Below, piece after piece: positions 9,903 through 23,300 of a DNA stretch of 64,000 nucleotides. A model generated the notes under the pieces. It saw only the letters and a list, made by a program, of their open reading frames with translations, was not told the DNA's origin and did no database searches. Every line of letters begins with the position of its first letter. Positions within the stretch are counted from its first letter, which is position 1. The position numbers and the translations under genes were made by a program. Origin of the DNA: Trypanosoma brucei (taxonomy: Eukaryota); assembly GCA_000002445.1 (NCBI GenBank), contig AE017150.2, forward strand, positions 416,001-480,000. Reading direction: 5' to 3'.

Positions 9903-11069
9903 TTATTTACGTCGTCGGTTGTTGTGCCTCTTCGGCTGGCCACGGCTCGCATTATCGGAAGTCCCACTTCCACTACCTGTACGTTGATGATGTTGCTTGC
10001 TCTCCACCGTATGCTCCCCCCGTGGTAGTTTGGAATTACTAATCTCTTTGCGGATGAGCTGCATGAAGTTCGATTTGAAGCTATTTACTCCTTTTGGTGT
10101 CGAAATAATCGTCGTGTGCTTTTTTCCACCGCTTCCACGGATCCGAACGATACACTTCGTTGGAAGCACGTCAATCACCTGCTCGCCGTGGAGCAAATCT
10201 GCGCTGCTGCTGTTGGGAGTGAGGGCCAAAGTGTTGCTGTCCTGAGGAGCAAGCGGCTCCGCAATCTGAAAGTAAAACTTCGAAGGGACTTCCGCCGCCT
10301 CGGCCAGCACAGCTTCGGTGTTGTCTGTTTCTAACGGCAACGACTTGGAAAAGCGCCGCAATATGACATTCTCACGAGTGATGATGTCCGCCCATTGGTC
10401 CCTGTCATACACTGTCTCTGGCACTGCTGTGGTCATATCCGCCGCCCCCACTGCAGCGCTGCTCGAAATTGTGCTTTCAACCACCTGCTTTAGGCGCGCA
10501 CCGACGGGTTCACGCCGAAGAATTCCTGCCGCCACGTCGTATTGCTCGCGCAGGTATTCAAGACCCTCGTCGCTGTTCGGTCCGCTGCCATCCGGCAGGA
10601 GTAAACCGGCTTCCTGCGCTTGCTGCCATGCCGTCTGTACGTATGCCTCCGCTGCTTCCAGAGCTGCCAACCGCCGTTGTTCAGAGAGGCGCCCACGAAA
10701 GACTTTATTATGTTCCACAATGGCAGTCATGGAGGTGGTGGGTACACGTGTAAAACCCCCTTTTAACACTACCCACACTGTCCCACCGCGGGTTTTGCGC
10801 CGCGGCCCCCTCGTGCGTCGGCTTTTATCGCTACTGCTTTTCCCCTTCTTACCCTTCTTGCTGTTGCTCTCCTTTTTCTTGGGCTTCTTCTCGGATGCCT
10901 TGCCGGTTCTGGGCTTGCTCGGACTTGCGCTCCCTTCTTCAGTCCGAGCGGCCGCTCGCTTTATTACACGCTGCTCTCGTGCATTAGCGCGAGCCACGTG
11001 GAAAAGCCTACCCAATTCTTGGACCAAAACCTTCTCGTCCTGAAGGGTTCTCGCACCACCGCGCCGCAT
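9903..11069 (-). CDS. Hypothetical basic protein, 388 aa, with a Lys/Arg/Ser-rich NLS-like N-terminal segment, possibly nuclear
   Basis: ATG-initiated ORF on the unit strand. The N-terminal 110 aa are extremely basic (KKPKKKESNSKKGKKGK...RRKTRG), and the C-terminal part is a non-repetitive globular region. No confident domain assignment. Confidence 0.65.
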   Translation of the reverse strand: MRRGGARTLQDEKVLVQELGRLFHVARANAREQRVIKRAAARTEEGSASPSKPRTGKASEKKPKKKESNSKKGKKGKSSSDKSRRTRGPRRKTRGGTVWVVLKGGFTRVPTTSMTAIVEHNKVFRGRLSEQRRLAALEAAEAYVQTAWQQAQEAGLLLPDGSGPNSDEGLEYLREQYDVAAGILRREPVGARLKQVVESTISSSAAVGAADMTTAVPETVYDRDQWADIITRENVILRRFSKSLPLETDNTEAVLAEAAEVPSKFYFQIAEPLAPQDSNTLALTPNSSSADLLHGEQVIDVLPTKCIVRIRGSGGKKHTTIISTPKGVNSFKSNFMQLIRKEISNSKLPRGEHTVESKQHHQRTGSGSGTSDNASRGQPKRHNNRRRK

Positions 11070-11698
11070 CTTCCTGGGCTACTAATGGAGCGCTTGTTTT
11101 TCTGCTCTTCCTTTTTTTTAATATAATTTTACTGTTGAGGTTCAAACGAAACAAGTAAATCGAAACGGAAGTATAAACATATGCACACACGTACATATAC
11201 ACATGCGTAAATTCATACGTTTTGTGTATGTGTGTGTGTGTGTGTGTTTTAAAGCACACTTTCGACCCTCGTAGCGCCCAGGACAGAGGAGAGTCGGAAC
11301 AGACGAGGTCCTCAAGCGCTTTTGGCTTTGAAGGAAACCGTAAATCAGTCAACAGAAAGTAAGCAGAAGAAAAGTATATGATTTTATTTTCTTTTGTAAT
11401 TTTCTTTGTACGTGTACAAATACGCACCCTTCAATAACGGTCGTTCTCACAACAAGTTGTACGAGCGTGTTGAAATTTACAAGTCATAAATGCGGCATCA
11501 TTTCACATCCGCAAGAAAAAAAAGTGGCATCGACATCTCACCTACAACTGGAAGTTCGTTCGCTGCTACTAACAGAGCGGATTCCCATGCGGCCGCTTAT
11601 GCTTTGCTCATTATGTATGGATTTTCATATTCTCCCAACTAGGTTAAACGGGAAGGCGGGAGGAAAAAAAAACAAATAAAAAGTCCCAACCGCCGCTA

Positions 11699-14600
11699 CT
11701 ACGCTGCGTAATGTTGCCTCGCAAACTTCAGCATATTGCAGAAGCGCACCTTCATCTCCGTTGAGAAGCGCCCCGGCTGCTGTTGCAGAGCTGATATAAA
11801 GCCCGTCGCTTCACTTTCACCCACCAACGGTGAAAATGTTTCATATAACATCACGGAAAGTGAAGCGTCTGCGGGGCCAAGTTTATTCATGAGTGCCTTT
11901 AGCAGGAGCCCAGTCTCGCCGATGAAAAGAAGGCTCTTCGCGTCCTTGAGGTCGAAGGTAGGGGAAAACATCCGAGCAAATACAACGCGCAAAGCATCAT
12001 TTAGCATGAACTTCATCCATGCTTCACCAGCAGCTCCAGTGCTTCCTTGACTACAGTCGTTGCGAAGAGGGTGGCGGCCAGCGCCGCTGCTTTCATTGTT
12101 CGTACAACATGGTTCAACGGTGGCTGTGACCTTCGTCATGATTTGAAGCGCAATCTTCGGTAGTTCCGTTTCTCCAGGAAGTTGAATTGCCGTGAGAAGC
12201 TGAACTAACAAGGCATTGAGATTGACAGACGGGAGAAAAAGAATGACGTGCGCACACTGTGCTTGCGCAGCACCATGAACGACGGCAAATAGCTGTCGAT
12301 ACACATCTCGCTGTTCCCGCATGGTTTCCGACACAATATCTGATTGATCATCCTCAGCGGAGAGTTCACCCACGGCACTAACTTTCTCGAGCAGAGGCGG
12401 CATAAGTTGCGAGAGTATTTCTGCCACGCAGGGGCCACTTCGGTGAATAAACTGAAGAAGGAACCGTAGGAGTTTGATCAACTCTTGTACCGCTTCCATC
12501 CACATCAACCAGTTGCTAGTGTACACAGGAACATACACCTTCATGGAGTCGAAGGGAAGTAGATGAGCCATTTGTGTGAAGTACTGCACTATACGGTCTC
12601 GTACGGATGGAGACGCGTGCCATGTACTGAATACTTCCATTACATCGGATGTAACGTTATGAAATACCTCAGCCACCACTGCCTCACCGGTGGATTCCGA
12701 AACCGAATTACCGTCTGTAGCATTATTAATTTTAATACTTTCGCTACATGCGTTGCTTCCGCTGCCGCTACTGTTTTTATTAGGGGAGGTATAAGTTGCG
12801 TTATTTACTGCGGCGCCACTACCGCTACTACCACCACCACCACCACCACGGAGCCCCTTCACCAGGGCTGTGAGAAATGATATCCCGTCCGCCACCGCCT
12901 CGGCGCAAGCGATGTTACCTACGACGGAGGCATCCCGAAGGTTTTGCCTCACGACTTGAACGACATGAAGCGTCATGGCCGTTCCTTCCGTTGCACCAGC
13001 AGCGGGTAACTGCGGCACTGTGCTCAGTAAAATTCCAATGGCCTCGTATAAATCCCGCCGGTTGCTGGGTAGGAGGTACTCCGTAGCGGCGAGGATACGT
13101 TGAAGTGCAGTAATGATATCTTGCACATGTGGCACCAAGGATGACTTGAGCACCTGCACGAGGTGACCAAATAAGTAACAAATTCGGGCGCGCACGTTCG
13201 GACTCGAGTTCATAACGCCATGTGGCATAAGCAGCAGTCGTTGAAGAAGTAGTGGTATGTAATTCCTATGGTACGTGAAAAAGACGCAGTAACGGTCCAA
13301 AACCTCGAAATAGCTTACGTGTACAACAGAGCAGGTATGCTGTGGAAGGTGCTCTGAGGTGAGCACAGCGAATATGAGTTGAGCAAACTCATTGGAGCTG
13401 TCCCGGAGTTGCTCCATGCGAAAGGATTCACCTAATTCATACAAGTAGCGCAGTGCAGCCTCAGCCTCTTCCGGGCTGCTAGCCGTATTGCTGCTGCCGC
13501 CTACAGCCGCACTAATCCCTTCACAGTTGAGGCCTCTCCCATTGCTAATGTTATCAATTCCATGCGACTTTAAATCCTTGTCCTGCCCCATCACTCCGGT
13601 CTGACCGAAACCTTCAGCAGAAGTGGTCGTTGGATCGGAGGCGCTACTAGCGGCTCGCGCAACGACTTCCCGAAGATGCGGCATTACAACTGCAGGATGA
13701 TCCCTAAACAACAGCCGCATTATGTTGTGCATCTGCTTGCGGCGGTCGATGATGTCATCCATCCAAAAAGGTTCCTCATTCTCTGCCACGCCTCCTATGA
13801 CCGTGTGGTCGTAAAGTGCACGAAGGAGCTGTGCTGCCTGCTCCTCACGCAGAGCAGAGGACTTGATATACATTTGGATGAATGGAATAAGTGTATCCAC
13901 AACAACGTCGTGACGAATGCTTAGCAGTCGCAACAATTCCGGAACAACAACATCTAACGCTACTTGAACCTCACCAAGGAACTCCACAGACAGGTGACCA
14001 TCAGGAACGAAATATGAGTGTTGTTGCTGTTGGCGCCCCTGAAAGTTCCTGCAATCCACGTTGGTGCAATCGATGCCACCTTCTGCATCTAAGCTTTCCG
14101 TGCTCCTCACACAGCTGAGTGAGGGTGGAGACGTAGCTGTTTCCGCGCTGCTGCTATTGTGGCTCATATTCGCATGGTTTCCACGAGCGCCACTCACTCC
14201 ACCCCAACTGGCGTAGTTGTTGCGGTTGCTAGTGATGTGTTCATAAAGCGACAGGAACTGCATAGACACCTCCCGCACCAGTTTCGCCACCGATTCTGTA
14301 AAGTTCACATCTTCATCACTCTCTGGCGGTGCAGGTACTAAACTTACAACTCGTGGTACCGCGTCCACGACGTTGAGCTTACGCAGTGACTCTAACTTCG
14401 CAGCGGATACTTGCTTCTTTTCTACTAACCCACACAGACACTCACATGCAGCACCGCGAACGGTATCTGCCGAGAGCATAAAGTACAGCAGGTTGATCCA
14501 CTCCGCGGTAAAGAAGAGGGAGATGTCGACCCATTCAATGTAGGTTTGCACGATGCTCATGCAAATATTTGCCAGTTCAGGCACCCGCTGTCGGCACTCA

Positions 14601-15358
14601 CATAACGTTGCATGCCAAAATGCAGTAGCACGAGGAATGACATGTTCTCGCATGGCATCCTTTAACTCCATGTCGCGCGCTCTTTGATCGCGGCTTCTAT
14701 CACTTCGCTCGCGCACTGAGACGACGCGTTCATCAATATATTCAAACAGCCGCAATATGTACAAAGTTACAGAATCGCGAATATGTTGCTGAAGGGATGC
14801 GCCACGGTTGATGAGCTCAAATGCATCATCAAAGAATGAACGCCAGCGAGACGGGAAGAACTCTTGCAATCCAGCCACCATCATTTGGGCGTGCTTATTC
14901 GCAAGGTAGTCGATAGACTGCCGTTGCCGCGTGCCTGTGGCAACACCGCTCAGAACGGTGCAGTTAACCGTAGAAGAGGAAGTTGCCGTAAGGCCTATTA
15001 ACGACGCACCTGACACTGAGGTTGGCGCGTTGGATGAAAAAAAGTAGCGGTAGATAAATGAGAAGAGTGTTTTGTAGAGTTCCTCCGCCTTGGTATCATC
15101 AACATCACGCGCAATGCGAGGAAGATGATGCATGATGGTGTTGAATGCCCAAAAACAGCACGTGTCCTGCACCGGCTCGCTATTGATGATACCAAATGCT
15201 AAGTTAAGTCCATCGGCTGTGACACGCAGTTCCATGAGATACTGCTCTGCCTCTTGCCGTTGCTGCTGCGTTACACCAGGCTGATACGTGTGGGTGAGCT
15301 CCATCGCCTGCGTGAAACTCTCCATTGAGAACACAATAGGGGAGCTCAGTTGCGACAT
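11699..15358 (-). CDS. Importin-beta superfamily nuclear transport receptor, exportin-like (exportin-t/exportin-5-like), 1219 aa
   Basis: The N-terminal region resembles the importin-beta N-terminal (IBN_N) module (QQRQEAEQYLMELR...NLAFGII...CCFWAFNTI), followed by about 1100 aa of HEAT-like helical repeats. The size fits exportins. Starts with ATG at 15356-15358. Confidence 0.55.
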   Translation of the reverse strand: MSQLSSPIVFSMESFTQAMELTHTYQPGVTQQQRQEAEQYLMELRVTADGLNLAFGIINSEPVQDTCCFWAFNTIMHHLPRIARDVDDTKAEELYKTLFSFIYRYFFSSNAPTSVSGASLIGLTATSSSTVNCTVLSGVATGTRQRQSIDYLANKHAQMMVAGLQEFFPSRWRSFFDDAFELINRGASLQQHIRDSVTLYILRLFEYIDERVVSVRERSDRSRDQRARDMELKDAMREHVIPRATAFWHATLCECRQRVPELANICMSIVQTYIEWVDISLFFTAEWINLLYFMLSADTVRGAACECLCGLVEKKQVSAAKLESLRKLNVVDAVPRVVSLVPAPPESDEDVNFTESVAKLVREVSMQFLSLYEHITSNRNNYASWGGVSGARGNHANMSHNSSSAETATSPPSLSCVRSTESLDAEGGIDCTNVDCRNFQGRQQQQHSYFVPDGHLSVEFLGEVQVALDVVVPELLRLLSIRHDVVVDTLIPFIQMYIKSSALREEQAAQLLRALYDHTVIGGVAENEEPFWMDDIIDRRKQMHNIMRLLFRDHPAVVMPHLREVVARAASSASDPTTTSAEGFGQTGVMGQDKDLKSHGIDNISNGRGLNCEGISAAVGGSSNTASSPEEAEAALRYLYELGESFRMEQLRDSSNEFAQLIFAVLTSEHLPQHTCSVVHVSYFEVLDRYCVFFTYHRNYIPLLLQRLLLMPHGVMNSSPNVRARICYLFGHLVQVLKSSLVPHVQDIITALQRILAATEYLLPSNRRDLYEAIGILLSTVPQLPAAGATEGTAMTLHVVQVVRQNLRDASVVGNIACAEAVADGISFLTALVKGLRGGGGGGSSGSGAAVNNATYTSPNKNSSGSGSNACSESIKINNATDGNSVSESTGEAVVAEVFHNVTSDVMEVFSTWHASPSVRDRIVQYFTQMAHLLPFDSMKVYVPVYTSNWLMWMEAVQELIKLLRFLLQFIHRSGPCVAEILSQLMPPLLEKVSAVGELSAEDDQSDIVSETMREQRDVYRQLFAVVHGAAQAQCAHVILFLPSVNLNALLVQLLTAIQLPGETELPKIALQIMTKVTATVEPCCTNNESSGAGRHPLRNDCSQGSTGAAGEAWMKFMLNDALRVVFARMFSPTFDLKDAKSLLFIGETGLLLKALMNKLGPADASLSVMLYETFSPLVGESEATGFISALQQQPGRFSTEMKVRFCNMLKFARQHYAA

Positions 15359-16007
15359 TTATATTTTCCCCTTTCTTTTCGTTTTTGCTTGCTCAGAATC
15401 CTAAAAAGACTACCCTAAAGGCACACGAACCACTAACGACCGTTCCAACTGATATGTATATATATAAATATATATAACTATATATATACACACTGCCAAA
15501 GGTAACGCGTGCAATGTGACAATAAGAGAGGTGGAGCGCTCCTTGCTCTTTCCGTCCCCCTCTTTATATATATATATATATATATATTATTTTAGCCGCT
15601 TGATACTTAATTTCTTCTTTTTCTTTCCTTTTGTCCTGCGCTTAATATACCTGTTTATATTTCCTTAAAAGAGAAACCCTTAATTTTAGATTTACAAAAT
15701 TCTACGTTTCCTCTTTTTTTTTTATTTTTTACTTTACTCCTCTTCCGTCCGGTGGTTCAGCCCCACGGTGCCCCTGGGCGACGTGGTGTCCTTTCCCCCT
15801 TCGTTGAAGAATACACTTCAGCAAATGGAAACAAAAACAAATACCAAAAAGAAAGAGAGAAAGAAAAAAAATAGAAAAGAGAAATACGATAAAAGATAAA
15901 AAAAATATACACACACACGAATAAATAAATAAATATATATATAATAATAATAATGAATAAAATAATTAACTTCCACGGGTACTCTCTTTTTCCATAAATG
16001 CGGTTCT

Positions 16008-16028
16008 GATGATGATGATGATGATGAT
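16008..16028. repeat. (GAT)7 trinucleotide repeat
   Basis: gatgatgatgatgatgatgat in the exportin-ATM spacer. It reads as a His-run only in a low-complexity antisense ORF. Confidence 0.9.
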
Positions 16029-17364
16029 AGAGTAGCACTAGTACTAGTAGCTCACAGTTCACGAAGAACGGCACCAGAGAGACAATGCGATTAATAAAGA
16101 AAAAAAAAGAGAAGCGAATTAAAAAAAAAAGAAAAAAGGAAGTCAACCCGAGCACATATTATGAATGACGAAAAACTGAGTGTGGGTCGCTGTAGAGGAT
16201 ATACACACAATTAAGCCTGCAAAAAAAGAGGGGGAGGGGGGGGAGTTGAAATTCTTTTTTTTTAAAAGATTAAAAAGGAGAAAAAAACATAAGAGTTTAT
16301 CGGACAGTCATCAGAAAAAAAAACATAATTCCGCGGCATCGCAGGGAATAAGGGATGAAAAGGAGTCACGTAATACTAACAAAGGCAACGCAGACACAGA
16401 AAAGGGCAGCAACGGCAACGAAAGCAGTAATAAACAGTTTTTTTTTCCTTTTTGGTGCGACGAGGCGTAAGAAAACAAGGGGGAGAAAAAAAGATAAAGG
16501 CATAAACAAAACAAAACAAAAACCAAAACACACACACACACACAAACATACTTCAGCTTCCGCCTTCCTTTGCCATTTCCTTTTATTTGTTACTTGCGAA
16601 TACCGTTACACACAAACTCTCTCTCTTTCTTTTTCTTTCTCACTCTCACACACACGCACGTGCTCTTTTTATTTTTATTTTTTCCCTTTCACACAACCGT
16701 CATCTCACTTTAGTACGCATGGCACAATCGGGAAGCTTCTGCTCGTGACACATTGTGTTCAACCCCGTAGACGGTCCGCTGCGTGCGCATATAGAGCTAA
16801 GAGCACATGGACACAAACTAAGCCAATAGAATAAACAAAAATAACAGTAAAAAAAGAAGAGGAGGGGAAGGGAGGGAGTTGTGAAAAAAAAAATGATGTA
16901 ACCCTCTATTTCCCTCCATTCTATTTTCGTTTCTTTTTTTTTTTCTTAAAAAAAAGTTTTGGGTAGTAGGAGGATGCATTACTTAGATAAAACTATTTAC
17001 TAATCCCTTTTTTCAGGAACCTTCTTCCAATCCCTGCGTACGGCAAACTAAGTTTCTTCTCTTCTCTTCTTTTGTTTTCATTTCTTTTCCTCTTCTTGCT
17101 TTGTCTCCTATGAGCTGCACAAGGAACTTTCCACACTGAAACATGCAAGAACACAAACAAGCGTGAACACGCCCGTTTGTTTAACTAAGTACATGTGCAA
17201 GGACTTTTTACTTCACAACGTGAGCCAATCATCACCAACTGAACCACCACCATAACGGACAAAGGAAAAAAAAAAAGCAACAATAACAAAAAACAACAAC
17301 AACACAAGAAAGTGCAGTCCATTGAACAACCAAACGCGTAATGGACGCATAATAATAATAATAA

Positions 17365-20300
17365 TCACAGCCAAGGTGACCAGCCGTGAAACATTTGGGC
17401 CAACAGTTCCGTGTTCTGCGCTGTTTGGAGTAACTTCTGTACATGCGTGCGCACGCTGAGCAATTCGCCAGATTCGTAGCCTTGAATTTTTTCCATTACA
17501 CGGGAAAGTACCCGCTCTGCATCGGCGTATGTTGGCTTCTTTCGGTGCACACCCACGCCTTGCTGCCGTGCTGAGTTGGCGCCACTACCGTTACTGTCCT
17601 GTTCATCTTGTTGAGCATTCTGCTGCTGCTGCTGCTGCTGTTGCGGGGGTATAATTGAAACTGCCCAACGAGAAAGCGGGTCATGCGCACAGGCTGCGAG
17701 AATTGTGGTAAAAAACTCCTTCTGCCCGCGAAGTAGTTGAAGTGCGGCTTGGCAGTGGTGGCGGAACGGTCCCTCCGTCCCCTGCACACCAAAGCCATCA
17801 ACAATATTACGGGTTAGTCTAAAGGGAACCAACTCCGGCACGTGCAACAACTTTCCTTGATCAAAGGCGAAACCAAGGTCAATGTGCACCAACTCAGCGC
17901 GACCCACGTGGAGGAGTAAATTGTTGGCATGACGGTCGCCAAGGCCGAGTATGTAGCCGAGCATGCTTGATGCCGCCACACTACGGGTGTACGCTTCCCG
18001 CCGCTGCAACCACTCCTGCGGTGTAAAGAAATGCTCAAGGAAGAAATAATGGAGGGCGGGACTGAACTCTGCATAGAGGGAGAGTAGCACAGCGTGCTTT
18101 TGCGTTTTGCTTGCCTCATTGAGGCGCGCTCGACACACTTTCGAGGTGATTTCAGTGGGAAAGTACCGCTCATGAGCACCGGTAGGGTTCTTACTGCTGC
18201 TACTGTTTAAGTAACGGTCCAGTGGTATGGTACCATCCACCCACTCAATCAACCCAACGGTTGGGGCAAGGGGTACAACATTGTAGGTATATATGTGGAG
18301 TTGCCGCGTTAAGGGGTGCTTCTCAAACAAGGCATTTGATAAGCCAAACACTTGCTGAATTAGAGAATCTTGACGAAGATCATCCTGAGATTTAAGCAAC
18401 TGCTGGACTGTGCGACCATCACTTAACACACAGCGGAGCACCTTTGGAACGTTAATCCCCCCAGGCGTTCTGAAAGTGCTCTTGTACTTCATAACTCGCG
18501 GCACTTGAGCCCGTTGCTCATCTTGCTCGTGCCTCAGTAGGGACGCTGACAGCGCAGAGTTAGTCGCGGGAACAGTCAGCGTGGGAGGCGGGATAGAAAG
18601 ATCTTGCAGCGCGTCGCTGATAAGCATAAAAGTTTTCGGAATATTGCACTCCACATTGTCAGCAGCATCTGCGCGGTGAAAGGCCAGTTGTATATAGGCT
18701 TCGGAAAGGCTCTCTGCATCAGTGATAAACTTCCTTCGGCACTCAAATGCAGAGGCGTCCTCTGCGTCATTACTTGTTTTCTTACTGCTGCCGGTGCTCT
18801 TACTTTTCCCCCAAGGTTGTGCACTCGGTTCTTTAAGGGAAGTTAGAATACGTCTGGCGATAGCAACTTTTTCCTCATCTACCACATGCACAACTCCACC
18901 ACTGGAGGCACCTTTACCTCCGGTGTCTCCCACACCTGGGCCAAACACATGTCCATTCGCAAGCGCAAGAAGCGGCCATACGGCACGTAGTGGCTGCTCC
19001 GTTGCAACTCGGTGCACCAATGTTTCAAGGTTTTTATTATCTAAAGACGTGCCCAGTTGCGCCACCAGCTGTGAGTAAAGGGGAAGAAACTTGTGCAGAG
19101 GCGTGTTGCTTATGGCCTTCGATATGACGTTGTCCGTAGCGGGAGAGGTGTCTTTTCGCACATAGCTTTCATCTTGATGTAACCACAGTGACACAAAACC
19201 AAACACCGCGAGGATGTCATTATCATCACCATCATGTCCACTCAGTTGCAAGAACCGCGAGTAGCCATTCAGTGCACTTCGCCTGTACAGAGCGTAAGAT
19301 TCCGCTTCCTCCACAAACTCCCTCTCATCACAAGCATGCTCTGCAATGAGGCCTGAAATACGGCGCCGCAAAAGATTCTTCTCCTCTCTGCTCACCCCAG
19401 ATTTGGATAGTTGCTCTTGTTTTTGCTGCAGCTCGGTGCGTGTGTGGATCAAGCTCTCCATACTTTTTTGCATTGTGCGATAATTGTAACTGCGTAGCCG
19501 CTCGGCAATGTCACGTGTGAGAGTATGACATAACCTGGCTAGTTGCAGGCTGCAATATCCAGTCCGGTCGTCAATGGCGCATCGAGTAAAGAAGGGATCA
19601 CGCACTATCTGTGAAAGGGGAACCAGTCGAGCCTCGGTAACCCAAGCAACGAGCTGCAAAACGACAGGTGGCATCAGCGAAGGATTCTTTGGAAATGATA
19701 GTCCAGGCACACCCACAGCAAAAGGAGAAAGGAACGAAAACTGTGGATCTCCAGAAGCTCGTACCTGCGGAGAAGCTGGCGACGGTGCTGCAATGTTCTG
19801 AAGAATAGCAATTGCGCGATGTGGGTAGCCGCAAGCAAACTCCGCACGGGCATGTACGAGAGCTATAAGAACGGAGGCTGGTAAACCACATGAGCTCGTG
19901 GCGGCCTGCAGTACGGGCTTCAGGTTGCAATCCGGGCCGTTCGAGCCATGTGCCTCAACACTACCACCGCCAACACCGCCATCAACCACTGTTGAGAGCT
20001 CTGCGTAGGACGAAACCCATTGCCGAACCAAAAGCGGTTTGTTCGAGCACAGTGCTCGCTCACTGCATACTTCCAGATGCGTAAGCCACCACTGTGGTTG
20101 TTTACAGACAACACAGAGTTGCTGTTGCACGCTGTCCAGAAGTTGAAGTTCGTCATACGGCAGACGCACGTGCGCGAGGGAAGTGCCAACCCATCGTGGA
20201 GGTCTTGCGGAACCCACTCGAATTTCATGCTTACCGCAGTCCTCAATTTGCTGCAAAGCTTCCGCCCGCAACATTATATACCGCCAGTTCGAGGGATTAA

Positions 20301-23300
20301 GCTGTCGAAGCAGATGCTGCTGCGCCTGCGCACACCAACGGTGGGCGTCATGTCGATCGCCACGCCTCACACACTGTAGGGCATGATAAATGCCTTCGTC
20401 GACCGTAACAGTGGTCGGCAGCAACAAATCATGGAGTTTCCGCTGTTGCTGATAGCCATCTTCTTGTAGAAACCTCAAGTCCCACCGCCCACTCCGCCAG
20501 AGAGCACCGGCTAACGCAGCCCGCAACTGCATACACTCATTTTCATGTCTTTCTTCTTCCTCAGTTGCGTCCTGGACTGGTTGTTGAATATGATCATTAC
20601 TTCCTGTAACAACGCCAAAAAATGAGGTGTGAAACTTCCTCTTGAGAGCGGAAGCCAGTAGGTGCAGGGCGGTCCCCGGATCCCCAAGATGAAGCAGTGC
20701 GTTCGCCTTCTCAATCACAATACGTGCATCCAAAATGCTGGTCTGGTAATCACGGCTCGAGTTGTTGGAAACAGGGTGCTCCAGGCGGTCAAGCAAACAT
20801 AGTACAGCCTGCCAGTTACCTCGGCTCTTCTCCTGCTCAATTCGACGCATGGGGTGTTGCAGAAGAAACGCCTCTTCCCATGGCGTTGTGTGTTCTTCAG
20901 CTGCGGCACCCGTTTGGGCGGGCATGGCTAACCTTGATGCTGCCCCCGTGCCGCCCACGGCGCTGGCGCTTGTTAGAGTGGGTTTGGAACTTGCGCTTGC
21001 TGAAGCAGGGAGGTCGTCATAGTTGCCCTCACGAAGACGCAGAGCCTCCTTCACATCCACAAGAATGGCATGAACTGCAGACCGGAAATTGAAGAGACGT
21101 AGGGCTAACTCCGCCTGTGCCACATCGGCCCGCAACTGCCGCGGTCGACCATCGGAAGCCCCACGTCGGCACACATCAGGATTAACAGACGGGAAGAGTA
21201 CTGAGGTCTCCTTTTGCTTGTGTGCATCAGCGGATAAACCGCGCGTAGATGCAGCAGAAATATCAGGGACAGTGGACGGAATTCCCTTTCGTCGACCAAG
21301 GAGTGACTCGCCGCTGAGCTCTGTGAATAGAACAGCCAAATGAGGTTCATGACAAGCCGCAGCGGCTGCGGCTAGGGTAAGTGGGTCAATGTCTGAAAGC
21401 CAATATGAATCCTTCATGTCATTTATCTCCGGTGGATCACCGTATTCACTACGCACGTACGGCGGGAATGTTATACCTCCCGCCACCTCCGCAGCGCCAC
21501 GCCCCTCCGGCAATGCAAATTGTCCGCGTTGATTGTAATCTGATGCGTCCGACCGTACACCGCGGCTTCGAACTGCTGTCATGATCACAGATCGGCAGAT
21601 ATTCAATGCGCGCAGGAATAGGCGGGTGGTATGTGGAAACTGTTGCGCTCGCTTGAATAGACACTCCTCCAGTCGACCGGACCACGTAGCCCGCTCCTCG
21701 CGTTGTACTGAGGTCTCTTTCAGTAGTATAACATGAAGCAACGTTATGGGAAGGAATCCTTCAATAAACCACGTAAGACTGCTATTTCCCCCGGTGATGC
21801 CCTTTGGGGTGATTTGCACGGGCAGTAACATACAGTTCAGCACCGTGGAGATGGTGCCCAAACGCTCTTGCAGCTTGTATTGGCGAATGATTGCTATGAG
21901 AAACAAACGCAGAAAACGTGGTTCATCTTCATGCAGCTGGAGTGCGTCCCACACCAACGAACTTCTGAGGGAGTTAAGTTGTTCGACTGCCCCGTCAGTA
22001 CGAACTGCGCTGATGTTTCGTGGAATGCTGCTCAGCTCCCGGCAAAATACCGCCAAATCCCCGAGACTGACAAACGAGTTCGTCCACTCCAAGTGTTGAT
22101 TCCCCCTGTTATGACGAGTCTGCCGCTGTTCCTCTCCGTCTTTTTCAAATAATTGTAGTGTCCGTCTAATGAGTGTGGCACTCCCTCCAACTTTTCGGCG
22201 TGACCTGACCGGTGCCTCATCCGCATCGTTGGCATCTGACAAAGCCTCCACTTTGACGGTAGCTCCTTCACTAAATGGATCACCCTCATTTATGCTTTTG
22301 CCATCCTCTTTTTTGATGCTGGTGAGCCACCCACGAAGTGTAGTGGATGCAATGTGGGCATTACATGCATCGGCATCGAATGAAAGTCGGTAGAGTTGCT
22401 CAAGGTGCTGACGGTAGACGTGATGTAGAGCCTCATCCAGTGAGCGTTGCTGCAACAGGCTGTGGATGTCTGCTGTCGGAGAAAATAATGACTCCACACA
22501 ACTCTCGCATCCAGACTCGATGAAGCACCAGCAAATTGCACGAAGAAGATGAAACGCACTCAACTGAGCATCACGGTTTGTTGTCTGAAACACTGTGACA
22601 GGCGCCGCAACTGCCACTGGAGAGACACCTACAGCTACAGTGGTCTGTGCAGATTGTCCAGCGGTATCAGAACACACCACTGTGAGCAAATGTTGCACTG
22701 CTCGACAACACGTGTTGTAGGCAACGCTGGCTGTTTTAATGGTGACATTTTCCGTGGAGTTGGGCACTCTCTGCGAACCCGCCCCGGAGAGCCGCAGCCG
22801 CTGTTGTTCGTTAAGTCTGTACAGGCGAATGAGTGCCACGAAAGCCTCCCTGTCACGATCCACAGCAGATGCGACATCATCATAAAAAGAGGAGGCTGGT
22901 GCTCCAGAGACGAGAATGACGTTCTCAAGTTGCGATAGCACGCGCGCTACACGACGTGCCGGCCCCTTTGCGCTAACCCCGGAGCTGTTGGCCATGTCTG
23001 CTTGGTCCTGTTGACGAACCTCGTCTTGCTGTTGTTCGACACCAATACTTTTTGACACGGCCACTTCCTCCTCTTCATTATCAACGTTTATGAACTCAAC
23101 AGGTGTATCGGCACAACTGCCCTGCGACGCCCTCCGCGAGCGTTTCATGGCGTCCCATGTTGACGACACCACTCGCGACTCTTCTGTCAACGATGACATA
23201 ATGGTGGAGATGAACGCTTCATCTGCTGCAGCTCCGATACAAACTGCCGAGGGTGCGGTTGCGGGCGTAGTGACAACAACTGACCACACATGTAGCAGCA

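Noticed and set aside
10318-11043. 241-aa plus-strand ORF, along with many other 60-180-aa plus-strand ORFs such as 26298-26762(-)/26432-26716(+), 46089-46637(+) and 62776-63372(+)
   Set aside because: These lie entirely within, and antisense to, long minus-strand CDS with recognisable domains. Their composition is Ala/Arg/Ser-rich, typical of antisense reading of GC-balanced coding sequence, so they are shadow ORFs.
15757-16155. 132-aa ORF containing HHHHHHH, and the K-rich plus ORF 16355-16834
   Set aside because: The His-run comes from the (GAT)7 microsatellite and the rest is homopolymeric low complexity, so this is not a metal-binding protein gene.
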